Positions 9,179 to 20,024 are shown, counted from the whole stretch's first letter. The stretch is 62,069 bases of DNA, filler included, from Deltaproteobacteria bacterium (GCA_016202395.1; 5 parts of 5 records of this genome joined end to end with filler, not necessarily neighbours in it); one strand, 5' to 3'. Made by a program: numbers and translations. The notes: generated by a model not told the origin, from the sequence alone.

Positions 9179-10225
9179 ATGGATCGTCTTCACGCAGAAG
9201 AGATCGCGGTTTTGTTAAATGAACGGGCCCGTCGAGTCGGTCGTCGAGTCAAGAACTACATCTCTAAATGGATTCCCAAAGCCAATCTTTACATTTCAAG
9301 AACAAAAGAAGAGGCCTACGCCTACTTCAAAGAGATTTTGGATCGGAGAGCCATGGTTCTCCTTTCAGGGGGTGGAGATGGAACCCTCGTTGAAACCCTC
9401 ACGATGATCAAACGTTATCTCGAGGAGAAAGGGGAGCAGTTTCGTCAGTATGTTCATTCCCTCCATTTAGGGATCCTCGGTTTGGGAACGGGCAATGGTT
9501 GGGCCACCGCCGTTGGGGGAACACGAGGGGTTAAGGCGATTCAACGGTTGCTTCGGCGAGGGGACTACTCGATCCAAAAATTTCATGTGATTGAGGCAGA
9601 AGGAAAATGGTTCCACTTCTCGGGGTTGGGGTGGGATGCCAAGATCTTAAACGATTACATGCGTTTCAAAGAGGCCATTAAAATCGCATGGCTTCGAAGG
9701 CGTTTGGAAGGGTTCAAAGGCTATATGCTCACACTCTTTTTTCGCACCATCCCCTCCGTTTTATTGCGACGCCGCAAAGTCGAGGTCACGATCAAGAATC
9801 TTGGGAAACGGGCCTACCGCATCGATCCCAGAACGGGAGAGGAATCCCCGGTCTGCCCCGAAGGATCCATCCTTTATCAAGGAAAAGTGAATGTCGTGGG
9901 AGTTTCCTCAGTCCCTTACTACGGTTATAAATTAAAGGCTTTTCCTTTTGCTCAAGCCAAAGAGGGGTTAATCAACTTGCGTCTGTCGAAAGCAGGGGTT
10001 TTTAAATTGATGGCCCATGCCGGGTCGGTGTGGCGTGGAACCTTCCGGTCTCCCGATCTTATGGATTATCTAGTGGAAAAAGTAGAGCTGAGTTTCAGTG
10101 AACCGATGCCTCTACAGATCGGTGGGGATCCTCAAGGGTACGTTCAGAAGATCGAATACGCTGTTGCTCCGTATCAAGCGAACGTCATCGATTTTAATAA
10201 ACCTGTTCCCGTTCCGATTAGCTAG
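9179..10225 (+). CDS. Second, divergent diacylglycerol kinase-family protein (start uncertain)
   Basis: [40 protein letters not shown]. Confidence 0.8.
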   Translation: MDRLHAEEIAVLLNERARRVGRRVKNYISKWIPKANLYISRTKEEAYAYFKEILDRRAMVLLSGGGDGTLVETLTMIKRYLEEKGEQFRQYVHSLHLGILGLGTGNGWATAVGGTRGVKAIQRLLRRGDYSIQKFHVIEAEGKWFHFSGLGWDAKILNDYMRFKEAIKIAWLRRRLEGFKGYMLTLFFRTIPSVLLRRRKVEVTIKNLGKRAYRIDPRTGEESPVCPEGSILYQGKVNVVGVSSVPYYGYKLKAFPFAQAKEGLINLRLSKAGVFKLMAHAGSVWRGTFRSPDLMDYLVEKVELSFSEPMPLQIGGDPQGYVQKIEYAVAPYQANVIDFNKPVPVPIS

Positions 10226-12692
10226 AAGCGGGCTCCTCGGCCTCTTCGGAGGCTCCCCCTTCCTCTTCTTTCTCAACGACGCGGGCGACCCCAACGACTT
10301 TTTCCCCCTCATCCAGGCCGATGAGTTTCACCCCTTGAGTGGCTCGCCCAATAATGGAGATGTCCTTTGCCTTCGTTCGGATGATCTTTCCGTGGTCAGA
10401 GATGAGCATAATCTCATCCTCTTCCGCCACCTGAAGGACGGAACAGATGGGCCCGTTTTTATCGGTCACTCGGATTCCGATGATCCCAATCCCTCCTCGA
10501 TTTTGCATGCGATACTCCTCCACCTCGGTCCGTTTCCCATAACCTTTCTCCGTGACCGTGAGAATGGTGGTTCCAGGATTGACGACCTCAACCCCTTCAA
10601 CGAGATCCCCCTTCCGGAGTTTAATGGCGTGGACCCCTTGGGCCATTCGCCCCATCGATCGGATCTGCTTTTCCGAAAAGCGAATCGACATCCCTTGCCG
10701 GGTTCCAATGTAGACGTCCCGTTCCCCATCGGTCAGTTTTGCGGCGACCAGCGAATCCCCTTCCTCCATGGTGCAGGCGATGATCCCTCCGGCTCGCGGA
10801 TTGCTAAAGGCCATGAGATCGGTCTTTTTGATGGTCCCATTTTGGGTGGCCATCAACACGTGGCGCCCTTCTTGAAACTCTTTTACAGGAAGGTAGGCGG
10901 TGATCTTCTCATCGGCGCCCAGATTAAAAAGATTCACGATCGGTTTCCCTTTGGCAGCTCGCCCCGCTTGTGGAATCTCATGAACCTTCAGCCAATAGAG
11001 TTTTCCCTTGGTGGTGAAGAATAGGATGTAGCTGTGTGTGGAGGCGATGAAGAGGCTCTCAACAAAGTCCTCGTCGCGCACCCCCATCCCCATCTTGCCA
11101 CGCCCTCCGCGGCGCTGGGCTCGGTAGAGGCTCACCGGGTTTCGCTTAATGTAGCCGAGATGGCTGATCGTGACCACCATGTCCTCTTCCACAATGAGGT
11201 CTTCAATCCCGATCTCTTTCGTTTCACCCAGGATCTGCGTGCGGCGTTCGTCTGCGTACTTCTTTTTGATATTCTCCAACTCTTCGGAGACGATGTTCAA
11301 GATCTCTTTATCACTGGCTAGAATCTCTTTGAGCCGTTTAATTTGGGCGAGGACCTGTTTGAACTCTTCTAAAATCTTCTCGCGCTCTAGAGCCGTTAAC
11401 CGTTGCAGGCGCATGTCGAGGATCGCTTGGGCTTGGATCGCGCTAAACTCGAATTTCTCAATCAACCCTGTCTTTGCGGTTTCCGGATCTTTCGAGGCCC
11501 GAATCAATTTGATAATCGCATCGAGATTTTCAATCGCTTTTTTGAAGCCTTCCAAGAGGTGAGCTCTCTCCTCGGCCTTTCGGAGTTCGTAGCGACACCG
11601 ACGTGTGACGATCTCTTTTCTGAAATTGATAAACTCTTGCAGCAGATTTTTAAGGTTTAAGACCCTCGGTTGTCCATGAATCAGCGTTAAAAGAATCACC
11701 CCAAACGAATCTTGAAGCGGGGTGTGTTTGTAGAGGTTGTTTAAGATGACCTCTGAGATCTCATCTTTTTTAAGTTCCACCACCATTCGAATGCCGTCGC
11801 GGTCCGACTCGTCTCGAATATCGGAGATCCCTTCGATCTTCTTTTCTCGGACCAGCTCGGCGATCCGCTCAATGATCTTGGCCTTGTTGGTTTGATAGGG
11901 GATCTCCGTAATCACAATCGATTCTCTCCCTGTCCGTTTATCCTTCTCCACCATGGCTTTGGCTCGCATCTGGATGATCCCGCGTCCATTTTTATACGCC
12001 TCAGCGATCCCTCCTTTGCCGTGGATAAATCCTCCGGTGGGGAAGTCGGGGCCTGGAATCAAGCCCATCAGCTTTTCGATCGGAAGGTCGGGGTTTTTAA
12101 TGAGAGCGGTCAGGGCGCCACAAACCTCTCCGAGGTTGTGCGGTGGAATATTGGTTGCCATCCCGACAGCGATTCCCGAAGAACCGTTGACAAGAAGATT
12201 CGGAATCATCGAGGGGAGGACGGTGGGTTCTTCCACCGAGCCATCGAAATTGGGGACAAAGTCGACGGTTTCCTTGTCGAGGTCATTGAGCATCTCCTCG
12301 GCAAACGCGGTCAGTCGCACCTCCGTGTAGCGGTAAGCCGCCGCGGGATCTCCATCGATCGAACCAAAGTTTCCTTGCCCCTCGACCAACGGGTAGCGTA
12401 AATTCCAGTCTTGAACCATTCGGACTAAAGAGTCGTAAACCGCGGCATCACCATGAGGATGGTATTTTTTAAGCACCTCTCCCACGACACCCGCGCTCTT
12501 AGAGAATCGTTTGGAGGAGAGAAGCCCTTCGCGAAACATCGCATAGAGGATTCGGCGGTGCACCGGTTTAAGTCCGTCGCGGATGTCGGGCAAAGCGCGG
12601 CCGATGATGACGCTCATGGCATAGTCGAGGTAGGAGCGTTTCATCTCCTCTTCGATGTTGACGGGAATTTTGTGTCCCTCAAGAGCTTCCAT
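10218..12692 (-). CDS. gyrA: DNA gyrase subunit A
   Basis: [30 protein letters not shown] catalytic Tyr, GyrA-box QRRGGRG. Confidence 0.98.
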   Translation of the reverse strand: MEALEGHKIPVNIEEEMKRSYLDYAMSVIIGRALPDIRDGLKPVHRRILYAMFREGLLSSKRFSKSAGVVGEVLKKYHPHGDAAVYDSLVRMVQDWNLRYPLVEGQGNFGSIDGDPAAAYRYTEVRLTAFAEEMLNDLDKETVDFVPNFDGSVEEPTVLPSMIPNLLVNGSSGIAVGMATNIPPHNLGEVCGALTALIKNPDLPIEKLMGLIPGPDFPTGGFIHGKGGIAEAYKNGRGIIQMRAKAMVEKDKRTGRESIVITEIPYQTNKAKIIERIAELVREKKIEGISDIRDESDRDGIRMVVELKKDEISEVILNNLYKHTPLQDSFGVILLTLIHGQPRVLNLKNLLQEFINFRKEIVTRRCRYELRKAEERAHLLEGFKKAIENLDAIIKLIRASKDPETAKTGLIEKFEFSAIQAQAILDMRLQRLTALEREKILEEFKQVLAQIKRLKEILASDKEILNIVSEELENIKKKYADERRTQILGETKEIGIEDLIVEEDMVVTISHLGYIKRNPVSLYRAQRRGGRGKMGMGVRDEDFVESLFIASTHSYILFFTTKGKLYWLKVHEIPQAGRAAKGKPIVNLFNLGADEKITAYLPVKEFQEGRHVLMATQNGTIKKTDLMAFSNPRAGGIIACTMEEGDSLVAAKLTDGERDVYIGTRQGMSIRFSEKQIRSMGRMAQGVHAIKLRKGDLVEGVEVVNPGTTILTVTEKGYGKRTEVEEYRMQNRGGIGIIGIRVTDKNGPICSVLQVAEEDEIMLISDHGKIIRTKAKDISIIGRATQGVKLIGLDEGEKVVGVARVVEKEEEGGASEEAEEPASS

Positions 12693-12706
12693 TCATGACT
12701 CCGTTT

Positions 12707-13708
12707 CTATTGCGATCGTTCCACGACATAATCGGCCAATCTTAGCAAAGCCCCTTTTTCGGGCGTGTCTGGAAAATGGCTTAAACTCGCCTTGGCTTTC
12801 TCGACGTGACGATGAGCCTGTTTTTGCGTATATTCAAGCCCCCCTTGCTCTTCGATGAATTTTCGAACAGAAAGGAGATCCGAGTTTTCGATAGAATCTT
12901 TTTGGAGGAGCGCGCCGATCTTTTTTCGACGTTGAGGGGAGGCCTCCCTCAAAGCTGCAATGAGGGGGAGTGTGAGTTTGCCTTCCCCCAGGTCCTTCCC
13001 AATCGTTTTTCCCAGTTTTTCACTGTCGGCTGTGTAATCGAGATAGTCATCCATGATTTGAAAAGCCATGCCGAGGGAGTGGCCGTAATCGGCGAGCGTC
13101 TTTTCCATTTCTGGTTCTGCCTTCGCTAGAATCGCCCCGATCTGACAAGCGTTTGAGATGAGCATCGCCGTTTTTCGGTCAATGACGCTTAAGTAATCCT
13201 TCTCAGAGAACCCCATGTCGCGCCGTTTGACCAATTGAAGGGCCTCTCCTTCGGCCATGAGAGTGGTTGTTTTAACAAGAAGGTCGAGGATCCTAAAATC
13301 CCGTTGTTGAATCACGGCTTGAAAAGCCTTCGTTAAGATAAAGTCCCCAATGAGGACGCTGATCTCGTTGCCCCAGAGCTGATTGGCCGAGGGGATCCCG
13401 CGGCGGATAGGGGCGTTATCGACCACATCATCATGGAGGAGGGTCGCCGTGTGGATGAGTTCCATCGTTGCCGCCATCTCAATGGGGCCGCTGGTTTCAG
13501 AGACCTTGCCATTCCCTAGACCGCAAAGGCGAGCGGAGAGAAGGAGGACCGAGGGACGAAATCGTTTCCCTCCGCTATCCAAGATGTGGGAGCCGACTTG
13601 AGGGACAAGGGCCACCTCCGAATGGAGCCCCCGATGCAGAAATTCCTCCACTGCTTTGAGCTCTGAAGCAATCATTTCAAAAGCCTCTATTGCGAGCGCG
13701 GTTTTCAT
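12707..13708 (-). CDS. ispB: Polyprenyl (octaprenyl-type) diphosphate synthase
   Basis: GGKRFRP, ELIHTATLLHDDVVD, AFQIMDDYLD, GKDLGEGK. Confidence 0.88.
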   Translation of the reverse strand: MKTALAIEAFEMIASELKAVEEFLHRGLHSEVALVPQVGSHILDSGGKRFRPSVLLLSARLCGLGNGKVSETSGPIEMAATMELIHTATLLHDDVVDNAPIRRGIPSANQLWGNEISVLIGDFILTKAFQAVIQQRDFRILDLLVKTTTLMAEGEALQLVKRRDMGFSEKDYLSVIDRKTAMLISNACQIGAILAKAEPEMEKTLADYGHSLGMAFQIMDDYLDYTADSEKLGKTIGKDLGEGKLTLPLIAALREASPQRRKKIGALLQKDSIENSDLLSVRKFIEEQGGLEYTQKQAHRHVEKAKASLSHFPDTPEKGALLRLADYVVERSQ

Positions 13709-13760
13709 AAAGAGGGGAAGATTTTAACCGATCGAACAGGGGGTGTCAAAGCAGTTCTAA

Positions 13761-16313
13761 TTAAAAGCCGTATTTGAGGACCTCTTCGGTGACAGAGTCG
13801 CGCTTTGTCTCCGACGATTGAGTGGGCGCGGTCCCATCCTTAAACGGCAGAAAAGCGGTTCGCTTCGACTTCGTGTCGGCTAGAAAGCCGGTCTCAAGAT
13901 CGATCTTTGCAAAGACAACCCCTTCAGGGGCAGAAAAATCGGTCAACGGCTTCCCTTTCATAGCCTCCGACATAAAGTAGAGCCAGATGGGGCTTGCAGC
14001 GCGCGCCCCGGTCTCCTGCTTTCCAAGAGGGATCTTTTGATCATATCCGACCCAAACCCCCGTGAGGAGCTGGGGGGTGTAGCCAATAAACCACGCGTCG
14101 TTCAAGTCGTTGGTTGTCCCGGTTTTGCCGGCAGCGGGGCGTCCCAAGGCTCGAACCCGTTGCCCCGTTCCATGCTCAATCACATCCTTGAGGAGCTCTG
14201 TCATAATGAAGGCCGTTTGTGGAGAGAGCACCTGTGTGGGTTCCATCTGATTCTTAAACGCGAAAGTTTCCTCTTTATTGTTATTCCGTCCCGGAAAGAG
14301 ATCTCGTAGAATTCGAGTGGCCGGCGGAGAACTCCCTTTTCTTTCTTCTAGATTGTCTCTATTCTCGGAGTGTGGAATCACCTCAATCTCTTCTAGGGTT
14401 TGCCCCATTCGGTTCGTGATTCTCTTCCAAAGGATCGGCTCTACGCGCCATCCCCCCGACGCAAAAACCGCGTAAGCGCGGCAGAGCTCCAGCAACGTGA
14501 CAGACGAGGATCCTAAAGCGAGTGTCAGGTCCGGTTGCAACGTGGATGCAATTCCAAGCTTGCGCGCGTACTGAATCGCATAGCGCACGCCAATCTTTTC
14601 GAGAATTTTAATAGAAATAGCGTTGCGGGAATGAGCCAAGGCGTCCCTTACGGTGATCGCTCCAATAAATTTCTCATCGTAGTTCTCCGGCTTCCAAGCG
14701 GAGTCTTCGTCAGGATTTTCGTAAACAATCGGGGTGTCCAGAATCACGGTTGCGGGGGTGATGTTCCGATCGATGGCGGCGGCGTAGATCATCGGCTTGA
14801 AGGCCGAGCCAGGCTGACGCAAGGCTTGAAGAGATCGATTGAATTGACTCCGCTCAAAACTCAATCCCCCGACCATCGCTCGGACCTCGCCCCCTTTCGG
14901 GTCTAAAGAGAGGAGAGCCCCTTCTACGGTGGGTTCCTGATAAAGCGTAAATCGATATCCTCGGCTTCTTGGGCCCTCTTTTGAAGCCACTCGGCACTGA
15001 ATCACGTCCCCTGCGTTCAGCGAAAATGGAGCAGGGGTTGGAGTGGACTCCTCTTTTTTGGTTGGAGGGACATAGGCGAGCCATCCGCTCCATTCCACGA
15101 TCCCTTCGTAGTCCCCTACAGCGACTTTTGCGCTGCTGTTCGTGAGCGTTTGTGTGACAAGGGCGGTGTAGGTCTCTCCGATCTTAAGCTCTTTCCGTTC
15201 ATCTTGCAGTTCCCAGGAGAGAGGCTCCAGCGTTCCGTCGGATTTGAGCAAGGACTCTTGGAGGGAGGCGTCAATCTGCAATTGGATTTTCTTGCGGGAC
15301 TCTTTCCATTCGCCCGATTTTACATGATCCAGTGGCCCTCGATATCCTTGACGTTGATCGAGCTCCTCGAGCCCTTGGCGAACCGCTTTTTCAGCCGCTC
15401 GCTGTTGAGTGAGATCTAAAGTAGTCATCACCTGGAGCCCTTCTTGCAGAAGGGTCTCCTCCCCGTAGCGCGATTCCAGATAGGACCGAATCTCTTGCAA
15501 AAAGTAAGGAGCTTCGCGGTAAGCTTTCGGTGGACGGGTGAGAAGACGGATCGACTGTTGCAGAACGGCCTCTCCTTCGGCCTCGGTGATGTATTTTTCT
15601 TCGATCATCTGTTGAACGACGTAGGCCTGACGCTCTCGGGCCCCTTCCGGATTCGTGACAGGGGAGTATCGAGAAGGGGCTTTGGGTAAACCGGCAAGAA
15701 GAGTTGTTTCGGCCAACGAGAGATCCTTGGCTTTCTTCCCAAAGTAATGTTGAGCTGCGGCTTCAATCCCATAGGCTCCGTGACCAAAGTAGATTTGGTT
15801 GAGATAAAGGTAGAGAATTTCCTCCTTGCTTAGACGTTTCTCGATTCGGTAGGCGAGAATAACCTCTTTGACCTTTCGGACCCAGCTTTTTTCAGGAGAG
15901 AGAAGAATCGATTTTGTCACCTGTTGCGTAATCGTGCTTCCCCCTTGCACGATCTCTCCGGCAAGGATGTCTTTGATCAGAGCGCGGGCGATGCTCATGG
16001 GGTCGACCCCTTTGTGCTCGAAGAAGCGGGCGTCTTCAGAGGCGACAAAGGCTTGCGGCAGGTATTTGGGGAAAGAGGTGAAAGGGACCAAGATGCGGTG
16101 TTCCTTGTAGAACTCACCGATCAGCTCCCCTTTGGAATCATAGATGGAGGTCGCAAGAGGAGGATGGTAATCTTTGATCGTATCGAGTCGTGGCAGATCC
16201 TGAGTAATGATCCAATAGCCGAGCCCCGCGCTGGCCCCTGCTACGAGCAGCCCAACGAAAAGGAACGAAAGGAGGGCTCCCCCTCGATTTTTTCTGTTTT
16301 TAATGGGACTCAT
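13761..16313 (-). CDS. mrcA: Class A penicillin-binding protein 1A
   Basis: EDARFFEHKG, GGSTITQQ, RQPGSAFKP (SxxK), SRN, KTGT. Confidence 0.92.
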   Translation of the reverse strand: MSPIKNRKNRGGALLSFLFVGLLVAGASAGLGYWIITQDLPRLDTIKDYHPPLATSIYDSKGELIGEFYKEHRILVPFTSFPKYLPQAFVASEDARFFEHKGVDPMSIARALIKDILAGEIVQGGSTITQQVTKSILLSPEKSWVRKVKEVILAYRIEKRLSKEEILYLYLNQIYFGHGAYGIEAAAQHYFGKKAKDLSLAETTLLAGLPKAPSRYSPVTNPEGARERQAYVVQQMIEEKYITEAEGEAVLQQSIRLLTRPPKAYREAPYFLQEIRSYLESRYGEETLLQEGLQVMTTLDLTQQRAAEKAVRQGLEELDQRQGYRGPLDHVKSGEWKESRKKIQLQIDASLQESLLKSDGTLEPLSWELQDERKELKIGETYTALVTQTLTNSSAKVAVGDYEGIVEWSGWLAYVPPTKKEESTPTPAPFSLNAGDVIQCRVASKEGPRSRGYRFTLYQEPTVEGALLSLDPKGGEVRAMVGGLSFERSQFNRSLQALRQPGSAFKPMIYAAAIDRNITPATVILDTPIVYENPDEDSAWKPENYDEKFIGAITVRDALAHSRNAISIKILEKIGVRYAIQYARKLGIASTLQPDLTLALGSSSVTLLELCRAYAVFASGGWRVEPILWKRITNRMGQTLEEIEVIPHSENRDNLEERKGSSPPATRILRDLFPGRNNNKEETFAFKNQMEPTQVLSPQTAFIMTELLKDVIEHGTGQRVRALGRPAAGKTGTTNDLNDAWFIGYTPQLLTGVWVGYDQKIPLGKQETGARAASPIWLYFMSEAMKGKPLTDFSAPEGVVFAKIDLETGFLADTKSKRTAFLPFKDGTAPTQSSETKRDSVTEEVLKYGF

Positions 16314-16448
16314 AAGCCGCTATTATGGAACATTCAACCTCCTTGTAGCAAGTTTGTGAGCGCTCAGCTCCTCGAGGCGTCATCCCCGTGCCCACCGTCA
16401 TTCCTGGGTTCATTGTCATTCATGCCCGTGCAAACGGGAATCCATGCA

Positions 16449-16492
16449 TTTGTAACAGTTTTGATACAAATTTGTAACAGATCTGTTACAAA
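16449..16492. promoter_or_regulatory. Tandem palindromic operator/enhancer sites
   Basis: TTTGTAACAGTTTTGATACAAA immediately followed by perfect palindrome TTTGTAACAGATCTGTTACAAA. Confidence 0.7.
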
Positions 16493-16627
16493 ACCGTTTT
16501 TCGATGGAATTCTTATTTCACCTTCCCAATCGCCCCACAAAAAGAATTTCGGTTTAACTCACTGATTTAAAAAGCATTTTTAGTATCCATTCCCTTGGAT
16601 GATTTTTTAATGCTAAAGTCCCCCTTC

Positions 16628-16641
16628 TGGCACACTTCTTG
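16628..16641 (+). promoter_or_regulatory. Sigma54 (-24/-12) promoter cut at contig end
   Basis: TGGCAC-ACTTC-TTG then gap; IHF-like site at 16555-16567 (AATCAGTGAGTTA on minus strand). Confidence 0.65.
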
Positions 16642-16741
16642 NNNNNNNNNNNNNNNNNNNNNNNNNNNNNNNNNNNNNNNNNNNNTTAATTAATTAANNN
16701 NNNNNNNNNNNNNNNNNNNNNNNNNNNNNNNNNNNNNNNNN
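16642..16741. other. Artificial contig linker
   Basis: N-run with TTAATTAATTAA. Confidence 0.99.
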
Positions 16742-16935
16742 CCGCCGTTCTGCTTGAAGAAGCAGGACACCACAGAAAAATACTCTTTTCATTAGGAGAA
16801 AAAATCCGGCGCGCGCACAATGAAAAGAGCAAAGAGTATTTTTCTGTGGTGGTGCGAGCGGAGCGAGCAACGGCGGGGCTGGCTTCATTCGTCGGGATTC
16901 GTTTGATAAAAAGTTCGGATTTTGTTCAGGAGGGA
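16742..16935. repeat. Long non-coding hairpin element at contig start
   Basis: Perfect 21-bp inverted repeat CACCACAGAAAAATACTCTTT (16768-16788) / 16831-16851, nested in CCGCCGTT / AACGGCGG. Confidence 0.7.
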
Positions 16936-17061
16936 CAGCATTATTCCTGTCAGGAAAAAGCTTTTGCGCAAACGGACTTCAACTGGACCCCCTATCTGAC
17001 CCCTCTTCGTTGACAAATGGTGTTTAAAGTGCTGAGATTAGATTGAATCAAAGGAGTTACG

Positions 17062-17346
17062 ATGTTTAAGCCTGTCGAGGTAAAAGCCCTGCCAAATTAT
17101 AAGTTGTGGGTCAAATTTTCCGATCGGATCGAGGGGGAGGTTGATTTATCCCCCCTTGTAGGAAAGGGTGTATTTTCTCTCTGGAAAGATAGTCGCGCTT
17201 TTCAGAATGTTCATATTGGAGCCATGGGAGAAATTACGTGGAATGATCAGGTTGAACTCTGCCCCGATTCGATTTATATGAAGATCACCCATAAGACGGC
17301 TGAAGAGCTTTTCCCGAATCTGGAAGAAGAGGTCGTTCGTGCCTGA
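17062..17346 (+). CDS. DUF2442-family protein
   Basis: YKLWVKFSD...GEVDL...GVF...W...ELCPDSIY pattern; AAGGAG RBS. Confidence 0.8.
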   Translation: MFKPVEVKALPNYKLWVKFSDRIEGEVDLSPLVGKGVFSLWKDSRAFQNVHIGAMGEITWNDQVELCPDSIYMKITHKTAEELFPNLEEEVVRA

Positions 17347-17599
17347 GATCAGTCGGTTTTATGGCATCGTCATTAAAATGTTTTTCGATGACCATCTTCC
17401 GTCTCATTTCCATGCTTTTTACGGAGAATACGAAATTCTGATCAATGTTGGCACGCTCTCTGTCGTTGCGGGGGATTTCCCTCCAAGAGCATTTGGCCTA
17501 CTTATGGAATGGACCTCAATGCACCAGGGTGAGTTGATGGCGCTGTGGGAGAAAGCAGTCCATCTGGAGCCACTGGGTAAAATAGATCCACTTCCCTAG
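17339..17599 (+). CDS. DUF4160-family protein (putative toxin-antitoxin partner)
   Basis: MPEISRFYGIVIKMFFDDH.P.HFHA.Y...W...H..EL...W...IDPL; GTG start overlapping upstream gene. Confidence 0.85.
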   Translation: MPEISRFYGIVIKMFFDDHLPSHFHAFYGEYEILINVGTLSVVAGDFPPRAFGLLMEWTSMHQGELMALWEKAVHLEPLGKIDPLP

Positions 17600-17630
17600 C
17601 GCCAAGCAGTTGTAGGTTCAACACATCGTA

Positions 17631-17659
17631 TTGACTCTAATAGATTATTTGACTATATT
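17631..17659 (+). promoter_or_regulatory. Sigma70-type promoter for prs
   Basis: TTGACT-17 nt-TATATT. Confidence 0.55.
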
Positions 17660-17671
17660 CACCCACCAGCG

Positions 17672-18610
17672 ATGAATAAACTTAAAATCTTTGCAGGCAA
17701 TTCGAATCCGAAACTAGCCAATGACATCTGTCGATCCCTGAGGATTACTTTAGGGGCAGCAGAGGTGCGGCGATTTAGCGATGGAGAGGTTTTTGTGGAG
17801 ATCCAGGAGAACGTTCGTGGGGTCGACGTTTTTCTGATTCAATCGACCTGTCCCCCCACCAACGACCATCTGATGGAAGTCCTGGTGATGACCGATGCGC
17901 TAAAGCGGGCCTCCGCAGGAAGAATTACAACCGTTCTCCCTTATTACGGGTATGCTCGACAGGACCGGAAAGTGGCGCCAAGAACGCCGATCTCGGCAAA
18001 GTTGGTTGCCAATCTATTCACGGCGGCGGGGACCGATCGGATTTTGACCGTGGATCTCCATGCGGGGCAGATCCAAGGTTTTTTTGACATCCCGGTGGAT
18101 AATCTCTACGCGGCTCCGGTGCTGGTTCCGTATCTTCAGAATCGAATCAAGAATTCAGCGGTGGTTGTTTCCCCGGACGCAGGAGGGGTCGAGCGGGCTC
18201 GGGCCTTTGCAAAAAGATTGAATGCCACGTTAGCGATTATCGATAAAAGGAGAATTAAGGCGAACGTTGCCGAGGTGATGCACATTATCGGAGATGTGGA
18301 GGGGAAGAAAACGATCCTCGTGGATGACATGGTCGACACAGCGGGGACGTTAACACAAGCGGCCTCGGCCCTCATCGAGAAAGGGGCAGCGGAGGTTTAT
18401 GCGTGCTCCACGCATGCGGTTTTGTCAGGGGAGGCTATAGAGAGGTTAAAGGCATCAAAGATTGTAGAATTCATTGTTACCGACACGATTCCACTCTCTC
18501 CAGAGGCCCAGGCGCTCACTAATATTAAGGTGTTGTCGATAGCGGGGCTTTTGGGGGAGGCGATGAAGAGGATTCATGATGGGGAGTCGGTGAGTAGTCT
18601 ATTTATTTAG
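17672..18610 (+). CDS. prs: Ribose-phosphate pyrophosphokinase
   Basis: [33 protein letters not shown]. Confidence 0.98.
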   Translation: MNKLKIFAGNSNPKLANDICRSLRITLGAAEVRRFSDGEVFVEIQENVRGVDVFLIQSTCPPTNDHLMEVLVMTDALKRASAGRITTVLPYYGYARQDRKVAPRTPISAKLVANLFTAAGTDRILTVDLHAGQIQGFFDIPVDNLYAAPVLVPYLQNRIKNSAVVVSPDAGGVERARAFAKRLNATLAIIDKRRIKANVAEVMHIIGDVEGKKTILVDDMVDTAGTLTQAASALIEKGAAEVYACSTHAVLSGEAIERLKASKIVEFIVTDTIPLSPEAQALTNIKVLSIAGLLGEAMKRIHDGESVSSLFI

Positions 18611-18622
18611 GGAGGGAGAAAT

Positions 18623-19399
18623 ATGGAGAAAAGAGAACTTAATATTTCAGTTCGTGGAGATTTGGGGAAGAATGCTGCCGGTCGCCTGAGAAAGCAGGAG
18701 TCGATCCCCGGTGTCTTGTACGGGCCTCACTGTAGCCCCACCCCGGTCACCATTTCCCCAAAAGGGTTGAGGGTCGCTTTGAGCACGGCCGCGGGATTAA
18801 ACACCCTCATTACACTTCAGGTGGAAGGGGATAAGAGTATTACCGGAAAGGTCGTGATGGTTCGAGATATCCAGGCCAACCCGTTGGATGGCGCTTGGAT
18901 GCATGCCGATCTCTACGAGGTTCCTCTCGATCGGAAAATTTTTGTGGATGTCCCTATTCATATCGTTGGAAAGGCCGCAGGGGTGGAAAAAGGGGGGATC
19001 TTGCAGGTGGTGGCCAGAGAAATTCGTGTGGAGTGTCGCCCGATGGCAATTCCAGAGGCTTTTGAGGTGGATGTGAGCGCCTTGGAGATGGGTCGCTCGC
19101 TTCACGTCAAAGATATTCAATTCCCCGAGGGGGTTCGGCCCGATGTGGAGGAGACCTCAGCGATCGTTTCAGTGGTGGCTCCAATCTCGGAGGAAGAGCT
19201 CAAGAAGATGGAAGAGGGGGCGCAAGCCGGCGAGATAGCGGAGCCGGAAGTGACCACAGAGAAGAAGGAAAAGGAAGGGGAGGAAGCGGTTACAGAGGAA
19301 GAGAAGAAGGCGGCTGCGGAGGGGGCGAAAAAAGCGGCTCCGGAGGGGGCCAAGAAAGCAGCCCCTGCTGAGGCGCCGAAAAAGGGCGGCAAGGAGTGA
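18623..19399 (+). CDS. rplY: 50S ribosomal protein L25/Ctc with low-complexity tail
   Basis: GKNAAGRLR...IPGVLYG, HADLY, GVEKGG; follows prs. Confidence 0.93.
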   Translation: MEKRELNISVRGDLGKNAAGRLRKQESIPGVLYGPHCSPTPVTISPKGLRVALSTAAGLNTLITLQVEGDKSITGKVVMVRDIQANPLDGAWMHADLYEVPLDRKIFVDVPIHIVGKAAGVEKGGILQVVAREIRVECRPMAIPEAFEVDVSALEMGRSLHVKDIQFPEGVRPDVEETSAIVSVVAPISEEELKKMEEGAQAGEIAEPEVTTEKKEKEGEEAVTEEEKKAAAEGAKKAAPEGAKKAAPAEAPKKGGKE

Positions 19400-19440
19400 T
19401 GGTTTGACCCTTCGGCAGGCTCAGGGCTCACCACGAACGG
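19400..19440. repeat. Nested short REP-like hairpins
   Basis: TGGTTTGAC[CCTTCGGCAGGCTCAG]GGCTCACCACGAACGG between rplY and pth. Confidence 0.5.
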
Positions 19441-19448
19441 CTTTGCAG

Positions 19449-20024
19449 ATGAATCTTACAATTATCGCCGGGTTAGGCAATCCCGGAGAACGGTATCAGG
19501 AGACGCGTCACAATGTTGGATTTTTAGCGGTTGAAGCCCTAGCGCAGCGTTGGTCGTTGTCTTGGAAGAGGGGGCGTTTTGAGAGTGTGGCAGCCCGTGG
19601 AGGATACAAGGATTGGGAATGCTTACTTGTTAAGCCACAAATCTTCATGAACCGAAGTGGCGAGTGCCTGGCTCCTTTTTTGCAATTTTATAAAGCCTCC
19701 CTATCGGATCTGATTGTTCTTCACGATGATTTGGATCTTCCCCTCGGACGGCTTAAGATCCAGTGGGGAGGGGGCGATGCGGGGCATCGGGGAATCCGTT
19801 CGTTGATCGATGCTTTGAACTCTCAAGATTTTATCCGTTTCCGATTAGGGATTGGGCGTCCCTCCAAAGGGATCGATCCGGTCGAGTACGTTTTAAAACC
19901 TTGGGAGCGATCTGAGAAATCCGAACTTTCACAAATGATCGGTAAAAGTGTGGAGGCGTTGGAGTGCCTTTTGGAAGAAGGGGTTGAGGTGGCCATGAAT
20001 CGCTACCACGGTCCACAAATATGA
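19449..20024 (+). CDS. pth: Peptidyl-tRNA hydrolase
   Basis: GLGNPG..Y..TRHNVGF, KPQIFMNRSG, HDDLD, GHRGIRS, RLGIGRP. Confidence 0.96.
   Translation: MNLTIIAGLGNPGERYQETRHNVGFLAVEALAQRWSLSWKRGRFESVAARGGYKDWECLLVKPQIFMNRSGECLAPFLQFYKASLSDLIVLHDDLDLPLGRLKIQWGGGDAGHRGIRSLIDALNSQDFIRFRLGIGRPSKGIDPVEYVLKPWERSEKSELSQMIGKSVEALECLLEEGVEVAMNRYHGPQI

Noticed and set aside
10098-11024. 308-aa plus-strand ORF and many similar overlapping ORFs
   Set aside because: Antisense shadows of well-supported genes such as gyrA, with no recognisable motifs.
19300-19395. Tandem repeats in the rplY tail (AEGAKKAAP-like)
   Set aside because: Low-complexity tails are common in L25/Ctc proteins.
19404-19448. N-terminal extension of Pth (MTLRQAQGSP...)
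   Set aside because: Read from intergenic REP-like hairpins via a TTG; ATG 19449 fits the normal Pth start.
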